Part shown: positions 56,958 to 64,000 of the stretch, piece by piece
Layout of the letters: the number at the start of each line of letters is the position of its first letter
Numbering within the stretch: the first letter of the stretch is position 1
Assembly (NCBI RefSeq): GCF_000143415.4
Contig: NW_003314272.1
Coordinates: forward strand, 1,943,944 to 2,007,943
Source of the DNA: Selaginella moellendorffii
Lineage: Eukaryota > Plantae > Lycopodiophyta
Direction of reading: 5' to 3'
Length of the DNA: 64,000 bases
The notes under the pieces: model-generated
What the model was told of the DNA's origin: nothing
The model's input: the letters and a program-made list of their open reading frames with translations, nothing else
Database searches by the model: none
Made by a program: the position numbers and the translations under genes

Positions 56958-58966
56958 TCTTGGAACAAGATTCCTTTTGATGGAGCGGTGGAAGCAGATG
57001 ATGGTTGACGGCTAAATAGATGCGAGGAAGCCCTCTGTATCTTTCTCGCTCTCTGTCCCGGCCGGATCGCTCAATCAAGATCGCTGGCCAGAGATCTAGA
57101 GGAATTATAATCAAAGGAAGAGTATACCGTAGCCTGATTGACAAGGATAAAGAAGAGAAAAGAAGGCCGAGGAGGGGGAGATGAATGAGGGAAGAGGATT
57201 GATTTGAGAGGACGATGGTGATTTGGTCCCCAGGAGCTGGGCTTTTATATGGGGAGCGAGCAAGCAGAGATCATGTGTGGGTGTGAGAGAGGGAGAGTTT
57301 AAAAGTGTGTGGGCGTTTGTGTGAGGAGTGGCCCAATGTGTGTGCCAATGTGTGTGTGTGGTAGCTAGCGGACAACAGAGTAAGTTGCAAGGTCCACAAA
57401 CGGTGCCTGACTCCCTGAAATTTGTAGATCAATTATGTCTGCTGGTACTTGGCCAATCCAATTGGGCGAAATTGGCAATCACTCGCTCGCGCCCAAGAAC
57501 CCTAAATTCTACCAGGAGGAGGAAGAAGAAGGAAGAAGAAAAAATAACTACTATAAAGTCAGTGTGTAAAATCCTCTGCCAATGCAGGGGAGTGGTAATC
57601 TACAAAGAAGTAGAATCTTAAATTTTTGGCGGTCGTGGGTTTGAAAAGTTTTAAATTTCTGTCGGTCTGGCGCTCGAATCCTGGGAGGGATTTAGGGTTC
57701 TTCAATTGCTTAGGGATGGCGATGGCGATGGCGCCATGTGCGGCATTCAAATCGGTGCCTCCCCCTTTTGGTTGCAAGTTGGAATTGTTGGGCGCTGCCG
57801 CACTCTGGCCGCGCTGCCGCTGCTGGCGCTTTTGTTTGGTGCAAGGATTGATGGCGACAACAAATCCCACACCATTCTTCTACCGGGCGCGCTTTTAAAG
57901 GTGTGTGTGGCTTACCTTATCACCAGCGGCATTGGCATTGTCAAATGGTCATTGTTTGTTGCTCTGATCGGTCGATCTTCCTGCTGTTGCTCCTGTACTG
58001 TACTGTCTCCTCTCTCTTTTTTCGGTGTGTCGGTTCTGCAACTGATCCACAGTTGGTGCTTTTAATTTTTCCCAGCAGCATGTGCTGCGCTGCGGCGATT
58101 GAGATTGAGCTCATAGCGGAAACCCAGGAAGAAAAATCTCTCTCTCTCTCTCAATTGTTTTTCCGCTCTGTTGCATTGTTTTGTTTGTTCAAACGTCTTT
58201 TGCTCGGTCTTGTGTTCTTCGTCGACGCCATTAATTTCCTGCTACTCAGACTGTAGTAGAAGCGTGGTGTTACGTAGTCGGCATTGAAGAGATGCTTGTC
58301 GTTGGTTTTTTTTTTTTTTTTTTTCTTCTTCTTCTTTATTTTCCATGGTTGCCTCTCTGGGCAAACTTAAATGAAGCTTCCCGATTTGTTCCGGTTGACA
58401 ATCAAGCTTGAGGTCCCTCTCTCTCTATCTCGCACTTCAATGCGAGGGCTGGGGCCGGGCCTGACTCTTTATCATGTTCGAGCATATGGCATGAACAGTC
58501 TAGTCTTGTCTTGCCTGTGTACAAGCCAGGGAAGAATAGAAAAATGGGGAAACCCCTGCAACTACCGTGGTACCACAAGAAACTCTTACGTACGTTGTGG
58601 TTCTTTTGTCAGGATTCTTTGTCCGTTGGTCACTGCGTCGTCTAATGCGTTTGCATTGGCTGGTCAATCTCATATTGTGTGCTTGAGCTAAGTGGATCAC
58701 AAGAAAGTTCAGCGAAGACTCTTGTGTCACAAAAGGCGCGTGTTCTCTTGCAATCAAGTTGCAACGAGGCGGTTGGAAGGCTCCAATCGAGCAACGGCCA
58801 ACTTGGTGTGTGTGTGTGTAAACTCTTCACCTATAAAACTATAGCGTACAAGGAGAGATGAGCCTGTGTGTATCATCGTCTCCGCCGAAGCTCAGCCTCT
58901 GCCTGCTTTTGGCTTGTGTGTGTTGTTTGGGAGGCACACGAGTCAGAGGGAGAAGAACGAAGAGAG

Positions 58967-60070
58967 ATGTGAGTAAAATGAAAAGAGATCGGAGCTACGT
59001 GTTTTCTATCTAGCTGCAGCTCCTCGCATGCTAGGCCTTATAGTCTGGATCCAACATTAACAGTTTCTCATTTTGTTTTTCTCTTTCTCCTCTGCAGGGA
59101 ACGCCTCACTGGAGCTTCTGCTGCTGTTATCGCATTAATGGTGATCGCAGTTCACACTGGAAAAGCAATCGCTCAGCAATGGACGGATGCACATGCAACT
59201 TTCTACGGTGGCAGCGATGCTTCAGGCACAATGGGTATGCACCTTGGGTTTTCCAAGTTTGTAAAACCTCTCATCCCTTTTCTAGCTTTATCTTTTAAAA
59301 ACAATCTTCGTTACGACTTTGCAGGAGGTGCTTGCGGGTATGGCAACCTTTACAGCCAAGGATACGGCACCAACACGGCGGCATTGAGTACCGTGCTGTT
59401 CAATTCGGGCCTGAGCTGCGGTGCGTGCTTCGAGATTAAGTGCAACGCTGCAAAAGACCCGCAGTGGTGCCGAGCTGGAGCCTCCGTCACGGTGACAGCC
59501 ACGAACTTCTGTCCTCCAAACTACGCTCAGGCCAACGATAATGGCGGCTGGTGCAATCCTCCCTTGGAGCACTTCGACATGGCCCAGCCAGCATGGGAAC
59601 AGATTGGCATCTACCGAGGAGGAATTGTTCCCGTCCAATACAGAAGGTACTCTTCGCTTCTTTCATCCTTTTCTCGCTTTTCTTCTTTCTCTTTTTTACT
59701 TGGCTGTGCTATGCACGCACGTAGATTCTATTCTTTACTGATTTCTCTTTCTTTTCTGTATTGCAGGGTGAGCTGCGTGAAGAAGGGAGGGATCCACTTC
59801 ACGCTCAACGGGAACAAATACTTCATGCTGGTGCTCGTGAGCAACGTTGGAGGGGCCGGGGACGTGCGAGCGGTGTCGATCAAGGGGCCGAGCGGCGACT
59901 GGCAGCCAATGTCGAGGAACTGGGGCCAAAACTGGCAGAGCGATAGCAGGCTCATCGGGCAGAGCCTCTCGTTCCGCGTCGTGACGAGTGACAATCGAGC
60001 GGTCACGTCGCTCAACGTCGCACCGGCGGGGTGGAGCTTTGGCCAGACTTTCAGTGGAGAACAGTTTTGA
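58967..60070 (+). CDS. EXPA: Alpha-expansin (start codon probably split AT|G by intron 58969-59097)
   Basis: [15 protein letters not shown]|[41 protein letters not shown]; TATAAAA at about 58832. Confidence 0.96.
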
Positions 60071-60365
60071 AAGGAAGGCTCTCTCTTTAGTTTTTGTCCT
60101 CTCCCGAGTTTGAGATGGAAACCTCGTGCCATCCATCGGGATTAAAGTATATAGAAATATTGATTTGCTATAAACAGAAAAAATAAAAGTGATGTTCATA
60201 ATCTCAAAGTTGAGAATCATGCGAAATCCAAGGCTTGGGGCGAAGACGAGGCGCAGCTACTCAAGTGCACGCCATTGCGCCACCCAGCCTCGGTTTCTCC
60301 CCAAGAAGCTCTTCCGAAATATGTATGAATAAGACTAAGAAATTTTAAAGATCTTCATTTTTATG

Positions 60366-62831
60366 CTACATTTGAAGTTCTCCATCACGCACGCTACACA
60401 GTATGTAGCAAATTAGCTGACATCTCTTCAATAATCCCAATCCCGGGATGGAATTGTCCGCCGTCCGCACATCCCAAACAGTGTCGTCGTTGAGTCTAGG
60501 ATCATAGCAAGTGTCGAGGAAGCCACCACAGTCTACGCTTGTAATTGGCCCTGTGCAAGTGACTGAGCAAAAGGAAAAGAAGAGGAGGAAGTAGTACCAC
60601 ATTATTTGTCGCGTGGGCTCACAAGAGATTTCGACCCGTGCAGATCTCATTGTTGGACTGTGCACTTGCCGAATAATAGAGCAAGTAAAGTTTCATTTTG
60701 GATTAGAGAAACGATCTAAGCTAGCTTTTTCAGCGCTTCAAAACACCAACAGCACGGACGAGTATAAACTTCCTGGTTTTGCTTCCCGCTGTGTTAGCAA
60801 AGTTTAAGCAAGCCTTCGTAGACCTTCAATCTCTCTTGGCTCCTTCATGGTTGGCAAACGCCGTGAGCAGCAACTGGTGCGCCTGTCAAGTCTTTCTTAA
60901 GGCAGAACGTCGATGAGCAGCAAGGATCTGATCTATGCTTATGGAATCTCGTCGAGATGAGGAAAATAAATAAATAACTAAATCTTTAGCAAACTTTAAC
61001 AATCAACTTTTACACCCAGGGAAGCAGGGTGGAGAAGATCTTCCATCTAGCACTATACAAAACTGATGATCGCCAGCATCAGTCGTCCGTACGGCATTCT
61101 GAACTCGAGCTTTTTGAAGGTCTAAATTCTTGATTTCTTTTTCTTCGCCCTAAGATCCACCCGGATCTCACCTTGAGAAACTCGGGCACACTGTAGTACT
61201 TTTGAAGCTCGTTTTGATCAACAAGAAGCATCTTTGTGCGCTCCTTGTCCGTGAACTTGTACACGCCCCCCGCTAAAAAGAGAAAATTGAGCCTTGAAAC
61301 CGATTCAAACCACAGAAAATGGTCTAAGCAGACGGCAAGATCGTGATTGTCCACAAGATCCACGTCCTGGTGCTTGGAGACAACAACCGGAACTCGAAGA
61401 ACGCGGCAGACGGGGATTCTCATACTCAAGACAAAGGGGTATTCTCCCGTCTTGATTCTGCATCATGAATTATTAGCATATAAACAGTTCATGGGACTCG
61501 ACAAAGAAACGCTTACACGTCACTGTGGGCACGTATGGCGTCCCATCTTTGACGTCGCTCAATATATGATGGAACACGCTCCTGAAAGCCAAGTGGTGAC
61601 GCCTGTAGTGAAACGGCAGATGAGCAACAGAAAAACAAGGTTTTTGGTTTCAACTGACCAGAACTTGACGTCCCTCCTCGGTGTTTGAACAAGAAACATT
61701 GCAATCTGCAAAACGTAGTAATAGATCGGATGCAAAGACGTGAGGTTTGTACGAGGCTTACACTGGACTTTGCTGAAGGCGTAGTAGACAGGGAGAGTGG
61801 ATTTGCAGAGCCAAAGCCTCGCGTGTGTTGCGCAGTCGAACAGTGCAAACAAGTGGGAGAGGAATGCCGACTGGGGAGGCCTTTGCGTGCAGAGACTAGC
61901 CAAAAGACCGCTCCCCTGCTCGTCGTGCATGGCGGACAACAGTGTCTTGCCCTGTCCGGAGCTAAGGCCACCCCAATTCGCGACTGATAACAGCGACCCC
62001 AGCCGAAAGTACTCTTCCCACTCTTTCTTGCCCAAAACCACACTCTCCCTCTTGTAGCAGTCCACCACTTCGTCCTCAAGGCAGCGCAACTCATTCACGC
62101 ATCCAGACCCATCCTCGCGAGCCTCGATATGACTTCTAATAAAAACCAAAGCGGTGGCACAGTTTGGACCCTGCCCAAAGCAATTGAAGCTTAGTCGATC
62201 GATTCAGTCCGACATACCTCGACTCGACTTGGAAAGGAGCAAAAGTAATTCGAATGGATGATTTCTGTCACTACGTCAGTGACACTCGTGGACGTGGGCC
62301 TAAAGAAAGTTAGACATCGATACGATATCGAGGAAGTTTGCAAGCTTACCCGACTTGCATGGACTCGTATGGACTCGTCGTCCAAATCCTCTCCACCGTA
62401 GCAAATGCCGGAGAATCGTCCTCGAGGAAAGCAGATTCACCAAGGACCTGGCCGATCCAGACAAGACGCTGTAGATCATCGGAGCTTGTCTTATGGAGAT
62501 GGGCTAGGCAGGCTTGGAACTCGGAGTGGTTGTTTGAGAGGCAGCGCGAGATGTAGAGCACGGCCAGCAGATTGAAGAGCTCTGCATCGTAGGCAAACGG
62601 GAGCCAGCAGTCTGATCTCCACACAGTCATGGCCTCGTGAGCGCACTCGGCCTCGCGGAGGTCCTCCTCGGCAAGGCTCACGATTCTTGACATACTCTCG
62701 TCCCCCAGCGCTGGAAAACGCACTTCCTGCTGCGCCTTTCGGAGATGGAGCAGCACAGCCCATTCGCCAGCTGATTTCCTACGCAGCCCCGACCTCGCAT
62801 CCTTGCACTCCACCTCCAGAAGCTTCTCCAT
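60366..62831 (-). CDS. Unidentified multi-exon protein; 3' boundary uncertain
   Basis: Coding-like open segments (62346-62831, 61559-62149, 61079-61429, 60366-60665) with intron-like T-rich breaks; telo-box just upstream of the ATG; no family recognised. Confidence 0.4.
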
Positions 62832-62938
62832 ACTAATTTCTTAGGGTTTCGTTCTGATTGAGGTCATATATTTGGATATTCGTGGTATATTGGTTTTGCT
62901 TACAGAATTATCTTTTATTATACAATTTAAGCATACTC

Positions 62939-64000
62939 TTAAACTATTTCTTTGAAAACTGAGTATGCTATAATATGTAGTGAGAGCCTCTCATGACTCA
63001 TTTTGAAAACCCTACAAATTCTTGCCCATACATCTTTGCGTTCCTCGTCATAATATGTGCCACCTGCTGCAATCGCCTTGACCATAGCATCGTCTATTTC
63101 ACCAGCGCTGGCTCTCACGGCCCTTTGTAATCTGGGAGACTCTACCCACTTCTTAACGATTAGACACGTCTTCCTAGTCGCATCTGATGGAATGAAAATG
63201 CCTCCCTGGTTCTTGCTTATAGCAAGATTGGGGTGACTATTTAGAGCCATCTTGCCTGCACAAACAGCTTTAGTACGTAAACAGCAAATATAATTCATGT
63301 CACTCACACTCTTGTGTCCAAATTTTGCGATCAATGTCTAGAGCCAAATGATCCTCAAATATTAGCTGCGCAAAGCAACAAATGAAGAAATGAGAAACAC
63401 ATTCCAAAGGAAAAGAAAAAACCAAAGAGACTGCTCACGTGAACAATGTAGACGATCATGGCACCGACCGGGACATTGTTTCTCAGTTGTTTAGCGCCGC
63501 CGTCAAAGTAATGCTCCGGAACTGTGTACTGGAAGTTGAAGATCAAAAACTGCCCGCTCCATGCCAGCTCCCTTATCTCTCCCAGCTCGGATTGCGAGAA
63601 AGGGACCGCCCCATCCTGCCACTGCGCGTTCTTGCACAGCTGCGCGAAATGGCCGCTAAAATCTTTGCCGAAAACGGCAGCGGCGGCACGGTAGAGCTCG
63701 CGCTCTTCGCTGCTTCCTGCTGTTACCGACTGTGCGTGCTCCACGATCGACTTGCTCGTCGAGCACAGCGTCTGGAGCTCGGCATGGTCTCGCTTCCCCT
63801 TCCTTGTGAGTGTCCATGTGTAGAGCAGATGGCCGATTTGCAAGCTTGCATCCGTAAAGTCCATAAAGTATGAAACCTCGCGGGGCCTGTACCGGTAAAC
63901 GAGCGAGCACCTTCGAACCCAGCGCTCCAGACTCACACGAATGCTTTCGTCCCACTCGACAGATTTGTGTGTCGCTACCTCCTGCACAAGAAAAGGACTA
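62939..64000 (-). CDS. Unidentified protein, last exons (5' part outside window)
   Basis: Open frames at about 63440-63985 and 62939-63334, separated by a GT..AG, T-rich intron. Confidence 0.55.

Noticed and set aside
57559-58256. Overlapping ORFs between the two expansins
   Set aside because: Low-complexity promoter-like sequence; no consistent frame or splice pattern

Overview
Eukaryotic nuclear DNA from a compact land-plant genome. Very short GT-AG introns, GC-rich intronless PPR genes and tiny intergenic gaps suggest a lycophyte such as Selaginella (inference). Gene-dense arms (1-30.6 kb, 47.6-64 kb) carry 7 PPR genes (2 P-class, 4 PLS-E, 1 DYW), 3 tRNA genes, a Lzipper-MIP1 protein, a stand-alone RNase HI, TruA-type pseudouridine synthase, an AAP, phosphopantetheinyl transferase, PFK, a SAC51-like bHLH with its conserved uORF, an AUX1/LAX, two DUF3754 paralogues, two alpha-expansins and two unidentified genes. 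A central AT-rich, CpG-poor transposon region (about 31-47 kb) holds hAT and LTR remnants, an intact 1.3-kb non-autonomous LTR element, an intact 5S-bearing Cassandra TRIM, a frameshifted P-loop ATPase gene and an intact, very AT-rich secreted lectin-fusion ORF. Most notable: a 15-kb same-strand gene/tRNA chain with gaps as small as 5 nt, Crinkler/CR-like NTPase(-nuclease) remnants, the lectin fusion, the RNase H and the Cassandra. All calls were made by eye; no database searches were run.
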